From Eledone cirrhosa (lineage: Eukaryota), in NCBI GenBank assembly GCA_964016885.1, contig OZ024741.1:263314001-263378000 (forward strand): DNA of 64,000 nt, given 5' to 3'. Both the position numbers and the translations under genes were made by a program. Shown piece by piece: positions 27,960-43,434 of this stretch. Position 1 is the first letter of the stretch. Each line of letters starts with the position of its first letter. Under the pieces are notes generated by a model that was given only the letters and a program-made list of their open reading frames with translations, did not search any database and had not been told where the DNA came from.

Positions 27960-30900
27960 GAATGTGGACTGTGTAGTGATATAGTATTATGACCTGACAC
28001 ATGATTTGGAGTGGGTGAATGTGGACTGTGTAGTGATATAGTATTATGACCTTCACGTGATTTGGAGTGGGTGAATGTGGACTGTGTAGTGATATAGTAT
28101 TATGACCTTCTACATAATTTGGAGTGGGTGAATGTGGACTGTGTTAGTGATATAGTATTATGACCTGCTACATGATTTGGAGTGGGTGAATGTGGACTGT
28201 GTAGTGAGATAGTATTATGACCTGCTACATGATTTGGAGTGGGTGAATGTGGACTGTGTAGTGATATAGTGTTTTGACCTGCTACATGATTTGGAGTGGG
28301 TGAATGTGGACTGTGTAGTGATATAGTATTATGACCTTCACGTGATTTGGAGTGGGTGAATGTGGACTGTGTAGTGATATAGTATTATGACCTGCTACGT
28401 GATTTGCAGTGGGTGAATGTGGACTGTGTAGTGATATAGTATTATGACCTTCACGTGATTTGGAGTGGGTGAATGTGGACTGTGTAGTGATATAGTGTTA
28501 TGACCTGCTACATGATTTGGAGTGGGTGAATGTGGACTGTGTAGTGATATAGTATTATGACCTGTCACGTGATTTGGAGTGGGTGAATGTGGACTGTGTA
28601 GTGATATAGTATTATGACCTGACACATGATTTGGAGTGGGTGAATGTGGACTGTGTAGTGATATAGTATTATGACCTGTCACGTGATTTGGAGTGGGTGA
28701 ATGTGGACTGTGTAGTGATATAGTGTTATGACCTGCTACATGATTTGGAGTGGGTGAATGTGGACTGAGTAGTGATATAGTATTATGACCTGTCACGTGA
28801 TTTGGAGTGGGTGAATGTGGACTGTGTAGTGATATAGTATTATGACCTGACACATGATTTGGAGTGGGTGAATGTGGACTGTGTAGTGATATAGTATTAT
28901 GACCTTCACGTGATTTGGAGTGGGTGAATGTGGACTGTGTAGTGATATAGTATTATGACCTTCTACATGATTTGGAGTGGGTGAATGTGGACTGTGTAGT
29001 GATATAGTATTATGACCTGCTACATGATTTGGAGTGGGTGAATGTGGACTGTGTAGTGATATAGTATTATGACCTGACACATGATTTGGAGTGGGTGAAT
29101 GTGGACTGTGTAGTGATATAGTATTATGACCTGTCACGTTATTTGGAGTGGGTGAATGTGGACTGTGTAGTGATATAGTGTTATGACCTACTACATGATT
29201 TGGAGTGGGTGAATGTGGACTGTGTAGTGATATAGTATTATGACCTTCACATGATTTGGAGTGGGTGAATGTGGACTGTGTAGTGATATAGTATTATGAC
29301 CTGTCACATGATTTGGAGTGGGTGAATGTGGACTATGTAGTGATATAGTATTATGACCTGTCACATGATTTGGAGTGGGTGAATGTGGACTGTGTAGTGA
29401 TATAGTATTATGACCTGCTACATGATTTGGAGTGGGTGAATGTGGACTGTGTAGTGATATAGTGTTATGACCTACTACATGATTTGGAGTGTGTGAATGT
29501 GGACTGTGTAGTGATATAGTATTATGACCTGCTACATGATTTGGAGTGGGTAAATGTGGACTGTGTAGTGATATAGTATTATGACCTGCTACATGATTTG
29601 GAGTGGGTGAATGTGGACTGTATAGTGATATAGTATTTTGACCTGCTACATGATTTGGAGTGGGTGAATGTGGACTGTGTAGTGATATAGTGTTATGACC
29701 TACTACATGATTTGGAGTGGGTGAATGTGGACTGTGTAGTGATATAGTATTATGACCTGCTACATGATTTGGAGTGGGTGAATGTGGACTGTGTAGTGAT
29801 ATAGTGTTATGACCTGCTACATGATTTGGAGTGGGTGAATGTGGACTGTGTAGTGATATAGTGTTATGACCTACTACATGATTTGGAGTGGGTGAATGTG
29901 GACTGTGTAGTGATATAGTGTTATGACCTACTACATGATTTGGAGTGGGTGAATGTGGACTGTGTAGTGATATAGTATTATGACCTGACACATGATTTGG
30001 AGTGGGTGAATATGGACTGTGTAGTGATATAGTGTTATGACCTTCACGTGATTTGGAGTGGGTGAATGTGGACTGTGTAGTGATATAGTATTATGACCTG
30101 CTACATGATTTGGAGTGGGTGAATGTGGACTGTGTAGTGATATAGTATTATGACCTGCTACATGATTTGGAGTGGGTGAATGTGGACTGTGTAGTGATAT
30201 AGTGTTATGACCTTCACATGATTTGGAGTGGGTGAATGTGGACTGTGTAGTGATATAGTATTATGACCTGCTACATGATTTGGAGTGGGTGAATGTGGAC
30301 TGTGTAGTGATATAGTGTTATGACCTGCTACATAATTTGGAGTGGGTGAATGTGGACTGTGTAGTGATATAGTATTATGACCTGACACATGATTTGGAGT
30401 GGGTGAATGTGGACTGTGTAGTGATATAGTATTATGACCTTCACGTGATTCGGAGTGGGTGAATGTGGACTGTGTAGTGATATAGTATTATGACCTTCTA
30501 CATAATTTGGTGTGGGTGAATGTGGACTGTGTTAGTGATATAGTATTATGACCTGCTACATGATTTGGAGTGGGTGAATGTGGACTGTGTAGTGAGATAG
30601 TATTATGACCTGCTACATGATTTGGAGTGGGTGAATGTGGACTGTGTAGTGATATAGTGTTTTGACCTGCTACATGATTTGGAGTGGGTGAATGTGGACT
30701 GTGTAGTGATATAGTATTATGACCTTCACGTGATTTGGAGTGGGTGAATGTGGACTGTGTAGTGATATAGTATTATGACCTGCTACGTGATTTGCAGTGG
30801 GTGAATGTGGACTGTGTAGTGATATAGTATTATGACCTTCACGTGATTTGGAGTGGGTGAATGTGGACTGTGTAGTGATATAGTGTTATGACCTGCTACA

Positions 30901-32800
30901 TGATTTGGAGTGGGTGAATGTGGACTGTGTAGTGATATAGTATTATGACCTGTCACGTGATTTGGAGTGGGTGAATGTGGACTGTGTAGTGATATAGTAT
31001 TATGACCTGACACATGATTTGGAGTGGGTGAATGTGGACTGTGTAGTGATATAGTATTATGACCTGTCACGTGATTTGGAGTGGGTGAATGTGGACTGTG
31101 TAGTGATATAGTGTTATGACCTGCTACATGATTTGGAGTGGGTGAATGTGGACTGAGTAGTGATATAGTATTATGACCTGTCACGTGATTTGGAGTGGGT
31201 GAATGTGGACTGTGTAGTGATATAGTATTATGACCTGACACATGATTTGGAGTGGGTGAATGTGGACTGTGTAGTGATATAGTATTATGACCTTCACGTG
31301 ATTTGGAGTGGGTGAATGTGGACTGTGTAGTGATATAGTATTATGACCTTCTACATGATTTGGAGTGGGTGAATGTGGACTGTGTGGTGATATAGTATTA
31401 TGACCTGCTACATGATTTGGAGTGGGTGAATGTGGACTGTGTAGTGATATAGTATTATGACCTGACACATGATTTGGAGTGGGTGAATGTGGACTGTGTA
31501 GTGATATAGTATTATGACCTGTCACGTTATTTGGAGTGGGTGAATGTGGACTGTGTAGTGATATAGTGTTATGACCTACTACATGATTTGGAGTGGGTGA
31601 ATGTGGACTGTGTAGTGATATAGTATTATGACCTTCACATGATTTGGAGTGGGTGAATGTGGACTGTGTAGTGATATAGTATTATGACCTGTCACATGAT
31701 TTGGAGTGGGTGAATGTGGACTATGTAGTGATATAGTATTATGACCTGTCACATGATTTGGAGTGGGTGAATGTGGACTGTGTAGTGATATAGTATTATG
31801 ACCTGCTACATGATTTGGAGTGGGTGAATGTGGACTGTGTAGTGATATAGTGTTATGACCTACTACATGATTTGGAGTGTGTGAATGTGGACTGTGTAGT
31901 GATATAGTATTATAACCTGCTACATGATTTGGAGTGGGTGAATGTGGACTGTGTAGTGATATAGTATTATGACCTGCTACATGATTTGGAGTGGGTGAAT
32001 GTGGACTGTATAGTGATATAGTATTTTGACCTGCTACATGATTTGGAGTGGGTGAATGTGGACTGTGTAGTGATATAGTGTTATGACCTACTACATGATT
32101 TGGAGTGGGTGAATGTGGACTGTGTAGTGATATAGTATTATGACCTGCTACATGATTTGGAGTGGGTGAATGTGGACTGTGTAGTGATATAGTGTTATGA
32201 CCTGCTACATGATTTGGAGTGGGTGAATGTGGACTGTGTAGTGATATAGAGTTATGACCTACTACATGATTTGGAGTGGGTGAATGTGGACTGTGTAGTG
32301 ATATAGTGTTATGACCTACTACATGATTTGGAGTGGGTGAATGTGGACTGTGTAGTGATATAGTATTATGACCTGACACATGATTTGGAGTGGGTGAATA
32401 TGGACTGTGTAGTGATATAGTGTTATGACCTTCACGTGATTTGGAGTGGGTGAATGTGGACTGTGTAGTGATATAGTATTATGACCTGCTACATGATTTG
32501 GAGTGGGTGAATGTGGACTGTGTAGTGATATAGTATTATGACCTGCTACATGATTTGGAGTGGGTGAATGTGGACTGTGTAGTGATATAGTGTTATGACC
32601 TTCACATGATTTGGAGTGGGTGAATGTGGACTGTGTAGTGATATAGTATTATGACCTGCTACATGATTTGGAGTGGGTGAATGTGGACTGTGTAGTGATA
32701 TAGTGTTATGACCTGCTACATAATTTGGAGTGGGTGAATGTGGACTGTGTAGTGATATAGTATTATGACCTGACACATGATTTGGAGTGGGTGAATGTGG
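27960..32800. repeat. Nested tandem duplication, period 2388 bp (~42 monomers)
   Basis: ORFs 28395/30783, 28793/31181, 29191/31579 and 30158/32546 are all +2388. Markers GACTGAGTAG, GACTATGTAG, GACTGTATAG and GAATATGG are shared. Confidence 0.93.
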
Positions 32801-35800
32801 ACTGTGTAGTGATATAGTGTTATGACCTTCACGTGATTTGGAGTGCGTGAATGTGGACTGTGTAGTGATATAGTATTATGACCTGCTACATGATTTGGAG
32901 TGGGTGAATGTGGACTGTGTAGTGATATAGTGTTATGACCTGCTACATGATTTGGAGTGGGTGAATGTGGACTGTGTAGTGATATAGTATTATGACCTTC
33001 ACGTGATTTGGAGTGGGTGAATGTGGACTGTGTAGTGATATAGTGTTATGACCTGCTACATGATTTGGAGTGGGTGAATGTGGACTGTGTAGTGATATAG
33101 TATTATGACCTGCTACGTGATTTGCAGTGGGTGAATGTGGACTGTGTAGTGATATAGTATTATGACCTTCACGTGATTTGGAGTGGGTGAATGTGGACTG
33201 TGTAGTGATATAGTGTTATGACCTGCTACATGATTTGGAGTGGGTGAATGTGGACTGTGTAGTGATATAGTATTATGACCTGTCACGTGATTTGGAGTGG
33301 GTGAATGTGGACTGTGTAGTGATATAGTATTATGACCTGTCACGTGATTTGGAGTGGGTGAATGTGGACTGTGTAGTGATATAGTATTATGACCTGACAC
33401 ATGATTTGGAGTGGGTGAATGTGGACTGTGTAGTGATATAGTATTATGACCTTCACGTGATTTGGAGTGGGTGAATGTGGACTGTGTAGTGATATAGTAT
33501 TATGACCTTCTACATGATTTGGAGTGGGTGAATGTGGACTGTGTAGTGATATAGTATTATGACCTGCTACATGATTTGGAGTGGGTGAATGTGGACTGTG
33601 TAGTGATATAGTATTATTACCTGACACATGATTTGGAGTGGGTGAATGTGGACTGTGTAGTGATATAGTGTTATGACCTACTACATGATTTGGAGTGGGT
33701 GAATGTGGACTGTGTAGTGATATAGTGTTATGACCTACTACATGATTTGGCGTGGGTTAATGTGGACTGTGTAGTGATATAGTATTATGACCTTCTACAT
33801 AATTTGGAGTGGGTGAATGTGGACTGTGTTAGTGATATAGTATTATGACCTGCTACATGATTTGGAGTGGGTGAATGTGGACTGTGTAGTGAGATAGTAT
33901 TATGACCTGCTACATGATTTGGAGTGGGTGAATGTGGACTGTGTAGTGATATAGTGTTTTGACCTGCTACATGATTTGGAGTGGGTGAATGTGGACTGTG
34001 TAGTGATATAGTATTATGACCTTCACGTGATTTGGAGTGGGTGAATGTGGACTGTGTAGTGATATAGTATTATGACCTGCTACGTGATTTGCAGTGGGTG
34101 AATGTGGACTGTGTACTGATATAGTATTATGACCTTCACGTGATTTGGAGTGGGTGAATGTGGACTGTGTAGTGATATAGTGTTATGACCTGCTACATGA
34201 TTTGGAGTGGGTGAATGTGGACTGTGTAGTGATATAGTATTATGACCTGTCACGTGATTTGGAGTGGGTGAATGTGGACTGTGTAGTGATATAGTATTAT
34301 GACCTGACACATGATTTGGAGTGGGTGAATGTGGACTGTGTAGTGATATAGTATTAAGACCTGTCACGTGATTTGGAGTGGGTGAATGTGGACTGTGTAG
34401 TGATATAGTGTTATGACCTGCTACATGATTTGGAGTGGGTGAATGTGGACTGTGTAGTGATATAGTATTATGACCTGTCACGTGATTTGGAGTGGGTGAA
34501 TGTGGACTGTGTAGTGATATAGTATTATGACCTGACACATGATTTGGAGTGGGTGAATGTGGACTGTGTAGTGATATAGTATTATGACCTTCACGTGATT
34601 TGGAGTGGGTGAATGTGGACTGTGTAGTGATATAGTATTATGACCTTCTACATGATTTGGAGTGGGTGAATGTGGACTGTGTAGTGATATAGTATTATGA
34701 CCTGCTACATGATTTGGAGTGGGTGAATGTGGACTGTGTAGTGATATAGTATTATGACCTGACACATGATTTGGAGTGGGTGAATGTGGACTGTGTAGTG
34801 ATATAGTATTATGACCTGTCACGTTATTTGGAGTGGGTGAATGTGGACTGTGTAGTGATATAGTGTTATGACCTACTACATGATTTGGAGTGGGTGAATG
34901 TGGACTGTGTAGTGATATAGTATTATGACCTTCACATGATTTGGAGTGGGTGAATGTGGACTGTGTAGTGATATAGTATTATGACCTGTCCCATGATTTG
35001 GAGTGGGTGAATGTGGACTATGTAGTGATATAGTATTATGACCTGTCACATGATTTGGAGTGGGTGAATGTGGACTGTGTAGTGATATAGTATTATGACC
35101 TGCTACATGATTTGGAGTGGGTGAATGTGGACTGTGTAGTGATATAGTGTTATGACCTACTACATGATTTGGAGTGTGTGAATGTGGACTGTGTAGTGAT
35201 ATAGTATTATGACCTACTACATGACTTGGAGTGGGTGAATGTGGACTGTGTAGTGATATCGTATTATGACCTGCTACATGATTTGGAGTGGGTGAATGTG
35301 GACTGTATAGTGATATAGTATTTTGACCTGCTACATGATTTGGAGTGGGTGAATGTGGACTGTGTAGTGATATAGTGTTATGACCTACTACATGATTTGG
35401 AGTGGGTTAATGTGGACTGTGTAGTGATATAGTATTATGACCTGCTACATGATTTGGAGTGGGTGAATGTGGACTGTGTAGTGATATAGTGTTATGACCT
35501 GCTACATGATTTGGAGTGGGTGAATGTGGACTGTGTAGTGATATAGTGTTATGACCTACTACATGATTTGGAGTGGGTGAATGTGGACTGTATAGTGATA
35601 TAGTGTTATGACCTACTACATGATTTGGAGTGGGTGAATGTGGACTGTGTAGTGATATAGTGTTTTGACCTGCTACATGTTTTGGAGTGGGTGAATGTGG
35701 ACTGTGTAGTGATATAGTATTATGACCTTCACGTGATTTGGAGTGGGTGAATGTGGACTGTGTAGTGATATAGTGTTATGACCTACTACATGATTTGGAG

Positions 35801-38593
35801 TGGGTGAATGTGGACTGTGTAGTGATATAGTATTATGATCTGACACATGATTTGGAGTGGGTGAATGTGGACTGTGTAGTGATATAGTATTATGACCTGT
35901 CACGTTATTTGAAGTGGGTGAATGTGGACTGTGTAGTGATATAGTGTTATGACCTACTACATGATTTGGAGTCGGTGAATGTGGACTGTGTAGTGATATA
36001 GTATTATGACCTTCACGTGATTTGGAGTGGGTGAATGTGGACTGTGTAGTGATATAGTATTATGACCTGTCACATGATTTGGAGTGGGTGAATGTGGACT
36101 GTGTAGTGATATAATATTATGACCTGTCACATGATTTGGAGTGGGTGAATGTGGACTGTGTAGTGATATAGTATTATGACCTGTCACATGGTTTGGAGTG
36201 GGTGAATGTGGACTGTGTAATGATATAGTATTATGACCTGTCACATGATTTGGAGTGGGTGAATGTGGACTGTGTAGTGATATAGTATTATGACCTGTCA
36301 CATGATTTGGAGTGGGTGAATGTGGACTGTGTAGTGATATAGTGTTATGACATGCTACATGATTTGGAGTGGGTGAATGTGGACTGTGTAGTGATATAGT
36401 ATTATGACCTGCTACATGATTTGGAGTGGGTGAATGTGGACTGTGTAGTGAAATAGTATTATGACCTGCTACATGATTTGGAGTGGGTGAATGTGGACTG
36501 TGTAGTGATATAGTGTTATGACCTACTACATGATTTGGAGTGGGTGAATGTGGACTGTGTAGTGATATAGTATTATGTCCTGCTACATGATTTGGAGTGG
36601 GTGAATGTGGACTGTGTAGTGATATAGTGTTATGACCTGCTACATGATTTGGAGTGGGTGAATGTGGACTGTGTAGTGATATAGTGTTATGACCTACTAC
36701 ATGATTTGGAGTGGGTGAATGTGGACTGTGTAGTGATATAGTGTTATGACCTACTACATGATTTGGAGTGGGTGAATGTGGACTGTGTAGTGATATAGTA
36801 TTATGATCTGTCACATGATTTGGAGTGGGTGAATGTGGACTGTGTAGTGATATAGTATTATGACCTGCTACATGATTTGGAGTGGGTGAATGTGGACTGT
36901 GTAGTGATATAGTATTATGACCTTCACGTGATTTGGAGTGGGTGAATGTGGACTGTGTAGTGATATAGTATTATGACCTGCTACATGATTTGGAGTGGGT
37001 GAATGTGGACTGTGTAGTGATATAGTGTTATGACCTGCTACATAATTTGGAGTGGGTGAATGTGGACTGTGTAGTGATATAGTATTATGACCTGACACAT
37101 GATTTGGAGTGGGTGAATGTGGACTGTGTAGTGATATAGTGTTATGACCTTCACGTGATTTGGAGTGGGTGAATGTGGACTGTGTAGTGATATAGTATTA
37201 TGACCTGTTACATGATTTGGAGTGGGTGAATGTGGACTGTGTAGTGATATAGTGTTATGACCTGCTACATGATTTGGAGTGGGTGAATGTGGACTGTGTA
37301 GTGATATAGTATTATGACCTGACACATGATTTGGAGTGGGTGAATGTGGACTGTGTAGTGATATAGTATTATGACCTGCTACATGATTTGGAGTGGGTGA
37401 ATGTTGACTGTGTAGTGATATAGTGTTATGACCTACTACATGATTTGGAGTTGGTGAATGTGGACTGTGTTAGTGATATTATATTATGACCTGCTACATG
37501 ATTTGGAGTGGGTGAATGTGGACTGTGTAGTGATATAGTGTTATGACCTACTACATGATTTGGAGTGGGTGAATGTGGACTGTGTAGTGATATAGTGTTA
37601 TGACCTGCTACATGATTTGGAGTGGGTGAATGTGGACTGTGTAGTGATATAGTGTTATGACCTGCTACATGATTTGGAGTGGGTGAATGTGGACTGTGTA
37701 GTGATATAGTATTATGACCTGCTACATGATTTGGAGTGGGTGAATGTGGACTGTGTAGTGATATAGTATTATGACCTGCTACATGATTTGGAGTGGGTGA
37801 ATGTGGACTGTGTAGTGATATAGTGTTATGACCTTCACGTGATTTGGAGTGGGTGAATGTGGACTGTGTAGTGTAATAGTGTTATGACCTACTACATGAT
37901 TTGGAGTGGGTGAATGTGGACTGTGTTAAGGATATAGTATTATGACCTGCTACATGATTTGGAGTGGGTGAATGTGGACTGTGTAGTGATATAGTGTTAT
38001 GACCTTCACGTGATTTGGAGTGGGTGAATGTGGACTGTGTAGTGATATAGTATTATGACCTGACACATGATTTGGAGTGGGTGAATGTGGACTGTGTAGT
38101 GATATAGTATTATGACCTGCTACATGATTTGGAGAGGGTGAATGTGGACTGTGTAGTGATATAGTATTATGACCTGCTACATGATTTGGAGTGGGTGAAT
38201 GTGGACTGTGTAGTGATATAGTATTATGACCTTCACGTGATTTGGAGTGGGTGAATGTGGACTGTGTAGTGATATAGTATTATGACCTTCTACATAATTT
38301 GGAGTAGGTGAATGTGGACTGTGTAGTGATATAGTATTATGACCTGTCACGTTATTTGGAGTGGGTGAATGTGGACTGTGTAGTGATATAGTGTTATGAC
38401 CTACTACATGATTTGGAGTGGGTGAATGTGGACTGTGTAGTGATATAGTATTATGACCTTCACATGATTTGGAGTGGGTGAATGTGGACTGTGTAGTGAT
38501 ATAGTGTTATGACCTGCTACATGATTTGGAGTGGGTGAATGTGGACTGTGTAGTGATAAAGTATTATGACCTGTCACGTGATTTGGAGTGGGT

Positions 38594-41500
38594 GAATGTG
38601 GACTGTGTAGTGATATAGTATTATGACCTGACACATGATTTGGAGTGGGTGAATGTGGACTGTGTAGTGATATAGTATTATGACCTTCACGTGATTTGGA
38701 GTGGGTGAATGTGGACTGTGTAGTGATATAGTATTATGACCTTCTACATAATTTGGAGTGGGTGAATGTGGACTGTGTTAGTGATATAGTATTATGACCT
38801 GCTACATGATTTGGAGTGGGTGAATGTGGACTGTGTAGTGAGATAGTATTATGACCTGCTACATGATTTGGAGTGGGTGAATGTGGACTGTGTAGTGATA
38901 TAGTGTTTTGACCTGCTACATGATTTGGAGTGGGTGAATGTGGACTGTGTAGTGATATAGTATTATGACCTTCACGTGATTTGGAGTGGGTGAATGTGGA
39001 CTGTGTAGTGATATAGTATTATGACCTGCTACGTGATTTGCAGTGGGTGAATGTGGACTGTGTAGTGATATAGTATTATGACCTTCACGTGATTTGGAGT
39101 GGGTGAATGTGGACTGTGTAGTGATATAGTGTTATGACCTGCTACATGATTTGGAGTGGGTGAATGTGGACTGTGTAGTGATATAGTATTATGACCTGTC
39201 ACGTGATTTGGAGTGGGTGAATGTGGACTGTGTAGTGATATAGTATTATGACCTGACACATGATTTGGAGTGGGTGAATGTGGACTGTGTAGTGATATAG
39301 TATTATGACCTGTCACGTGATTTGGAGTGGGTGAATGTGGACTGTGTAGTGATATAGTGTTATGACCTGCTACATGATTTGGAGTGGGTGAATGTGGACT
39401 GAGTAGTGATATAGTATTATGACCTGTCACGTGATTTGGAGTGGGTGAATGTGGACTGTGTAGTGATATAGTATTATGACCTGACACATGATTTGGAGTG
39501 GGTGAATGTGGACTGTGTAGTGATATAGTATTATGACCTTCACGTGATTTGGAGTGGGTGAATGTGGACTGTGTAGTGATATAGTATTATGACCTTCTAC
39601 ATGATTTGGAGTGGGTGAATGTGGACTGTGTAGTGATATAGTATTATGACCTGCTACATGATTTGGAGTGGGTGAATGTGGACTGTGTAGTGATATAGTA
39701 TTATGACCTGACACATGATTTGGAGTGGGTGAATGTGGACTGTGTAGTGATATAGTATTATGACCTGTCACGTTATTTGGAGTGGGTGAATGTGGACTGT
39801 GTAGTGATATAGTGTTATGACCTACTACATGATTTGGAGTGGGTGAATGTGGACTGTGTAGTGATATAGTATTATGACCTTCACATGATTTGGAGTGGGT
39901 GAATGTGGACTGTGTAGTGATATAGTATTATGACCTGTCACATGATTTGGAGTGGGTGAATGTGGACTATGTAGTGATATAGTATTATGACCTGTCACAT
40001 GATTTGGAGTGGGTGAATGTGGACTGTGTAGTGATATAGTATTATGACCTGCTACATGATTTGGAGTGGGTGAATGTGGACTGTGTAGTGATATAGTGTT
40101 ATGACCTACTACATGATTTGGAGTGTGTGAATGTGGACTGTGTAGTGATATAGTATTATGACCTGCTACATGATTTGGAGTGGGTAAATGTGGACTGTGT
40201 AGTGATATAGTATTATGACCTGCTACATGATTTGGAGTGGGTGAATGTGGACTGTATAGTGATATAGTATTTTGACCTGCTACATGATTTGGAGTGGGTG
40301 AATGTGGACTGTGTAGTGATATAGTGTTATGACCTACTACATGATTTGGAGTGGGTGAATGTGGACTGTGTAGTGATATAGTATTATGACCTGCTACATG
40401 ATTTGGAGTGGGTGAATGTGGACTGTGTAGTGATATAGTGTTATGACCTGCTACATGATTTGGAGTGGGTGAATGTGGACTGTGTAGTGATATAGTGTTA
40501 TGACCTACTACATGATTTGGAGTGGGTGAATGTGGACTGTGTAGTGATATAGTGTTATGACCTACTACATGATTTGGAGTGGGTGAATGTGGACTGTGTA
40601 GTGATATAGTATTATGACCTGACACATGATTTGGAGTGGGTGAATATGGACTGTGTAGTGATATAGTGTTATGACCTTCACGTGATTTGGAGTGGGTGAA
40701 TGTGGACTGTGTAGTGATATAGTATTATGACCTGCTACATGATTTGGAGTGGGTGAATGTGGACTGTGTAGTGATATAGTATTATGACCTGCTACATGAT
40801 TTGGAGTGGGTGAATGTGGACTGTGTAGTGATATAGTGTTATGACCTTCACATGATTTGGAGTGGGTGAATGTGGACTGTGTAGTGATATAGTATTATGA
40901 CCTGCTACATGATTTGGAGTGGGTGAATGTGGACTGTGTAGTGATATAGTGTTATGACCTGCTACATAATTTGGAGTGGGTGAATGTGGACTGTGTAGTG
41001 ATATAGTATTATGACCTGACACATGATTTGGAGTGGGTGAATGTGGACTGTGTAGTGATATAGTATTATGACCTTCACGTGATTCGGAGTGGGTGAATGT
41101 GGACTGTGTAGTGATATAGTATTATGACCTTCTACATAATTTGGTGTGGGTGAATGTGGACTGTGTTAGTGATATAGTATTATGACCTGCTACATGATTT
41201 GGAGTGGGTGAATGTGGACTGTGTAGTGAGATAGTATTATGACCTGCTACATGATTTGGAGTGGGTGAATGTGGACTGTGTAGTGATATAGTGTTTTGAC
41301 CTGCTACATGATTTGGAGTGGGTGAATGTGGACTGTGTAGTGATATAGTATTATGACCTTCACGTGATTTGGAGTGGGTGAATGTGGACTGTGTAGTGAT
41401 ATAGTATTATGACCTGCTACGTGATTTGCAGTGGGTGAATGTGGACTGTGTAGTGATATAGTATTATGACCTTCACGTGATTTGGAGTGGGTGAATGTGG

Positions 41501-43434
41501 ACTGTGTAGTGATATAGTGTTATGACCTGCTACATGATTTGGAGTGGGTGAATGTGGACTGTGTAGTGATATAGTATTATGACCTGTCACGTGATTTGGA
41601 GTGGGTGAATGTGGACTGTGTAGTGATATAGTATTATGACCTGACACATGATTTGGAGTGGGTGAATGTGGACTGTGTAGTGATATAGTATTATGACCTG
41701 TCACGTGATTTGGAGTGGGTGAATGTGGACTGTGTAGTGATATAGTGTTATGACCTGCTACATGATTTGGAGTGGGTGAATGTGGACTGAGTAGTGATAT
41801 AGTATTATGACCTGTCACGTGATTTGGAGTGGGTGAATGTGGACTGTGTAGTGATATAGTATTATGACCTGACACATGATTTGGAGTGGGTGAATGTGGA
41901 CTGTGTAGTGATATAGTATTATGACCTTCACGTGATTTGGAGTGGGTGAATGTGGACTGTGTAGTGATATAGTATTATGACCTTCTACATGATTTGGAGT
42001 GGGTGAATGTGGACTGTGTGGTGATATAGTATTATGACCTGCTACATGATTTGGAGTGGGTGAATGTGGACTGTGTAGTGATATAGTATTATGACCTGAC
42101 ACATGATTTGGAGTGGGTGAATGTGGACTGTGTAGTGATATAGTATTATGACCTGTCACGTTATTTGGAGTGGGTGAATGTGGACTGTGTAGTGATATAG
42201 TGTTATGACCTACTACATGATTTGGAGTGGGTGAATGTGGACTGTGTAGTGATATAGTATTATGACCTTCACATGATTTGGAGTGGGTGAATGTGGACTG
42301 TGTAGTGATATAGTATTATGACCTGTCACATGATTTGGAGTGGGTGAATGTGGACTATGTAGTGATATAGTATTATGACCTGTCACATGATTTGGAGTGG
42401 GTGAATGTGGACTGTGTAGTGATATAGTATTATGACCTGCTACATGATTTGGAGTGGGTGAATGTGGACTGTGTAGTGATATAGTGTTATGACCTACTAC
42501 ATGATTTGGAGTGTGTGAATGTGGACTGTGTAGTGATATAGTATTATAACCTGCTACATGATTTGGAGTGGGTGAATGTGGACTGTGTAGTGATATAGTA
42601 TTATGACCTGCTACATGATTTGGAGTGGGTGAATGTGGACTGTATAGTGATATAGTATTTTGACCTGCTACATGATTTGGAGTGGGTGAATGTGGACTGT
42701 GTAGTGATATAGTGTTATGACCTACTACATGATTTGGAGTGGGTGAATGTGGACTGTGTAGTGATATAGTATTATGACCTGCTACATGATTTGGAGTGGG
42801 TGAATGTGGACTGTGTAGTGATATAGTGTTATGACCTGCTACATGATTTGGAGTGGGTGAATGTGGACTGTGTAGTGATATAGAGTTATGACCTACTACA
42901 TGATTTGGAGTGGGTGAATGTGGACTGTGTAGTGATATAGTGTTATGACCTACTACATGATTTGGAGTGGGTGAATGTGGACTGTGTAGTGATATAGTAT
43001 TATGACCTGACACATGATTTGGAGTGGGTGAATATGGACTGTGTAGTGATATAGTGTTATGACCTTCACGTGATTTGGAGTGGGTGAATGTGGACTGTGT
43101 AGTGATATAGTATTATGACCTGCTACATGATTTGGAGTGGGTGAATGTGGACTGTGTAGTGATATAGTATTATGACCTGCTACATGATTTGGAGTGGGTG
43201 AATGTGGACTGTGTAGTGATATAGTGTTATGACCTTCACATGATTTGGAGTGGGTGAATGTGGACTGTGTAGTGATATAGTATTATGACCTGCTACATGA
43301 TTTGGAGTGGGTGAATGTGGACTGTGTAGTGATATAGTGTTATGACCTGCTACATAATTTGGAGTGGGTGAATGTGGACTGTGTAGTGATATAGTATTAT
43401 GACCTGACACATGATTTGGAGTGGGTGAATGTGG
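38594..43434. repeat. Second copy of the nested 2388-bp duplication (carried by the 10.6-kb duplication)
   Basis: ORFs 39029/41417, 39427/41815, 39825/42213 and 40792/43180 are all +2388. Copy-specific variants GGGTAAAT, GATTCGG, GTGTGGTG, TATAACC and ATAGAGTT match those in 27960-32800. Confidence 0.93.
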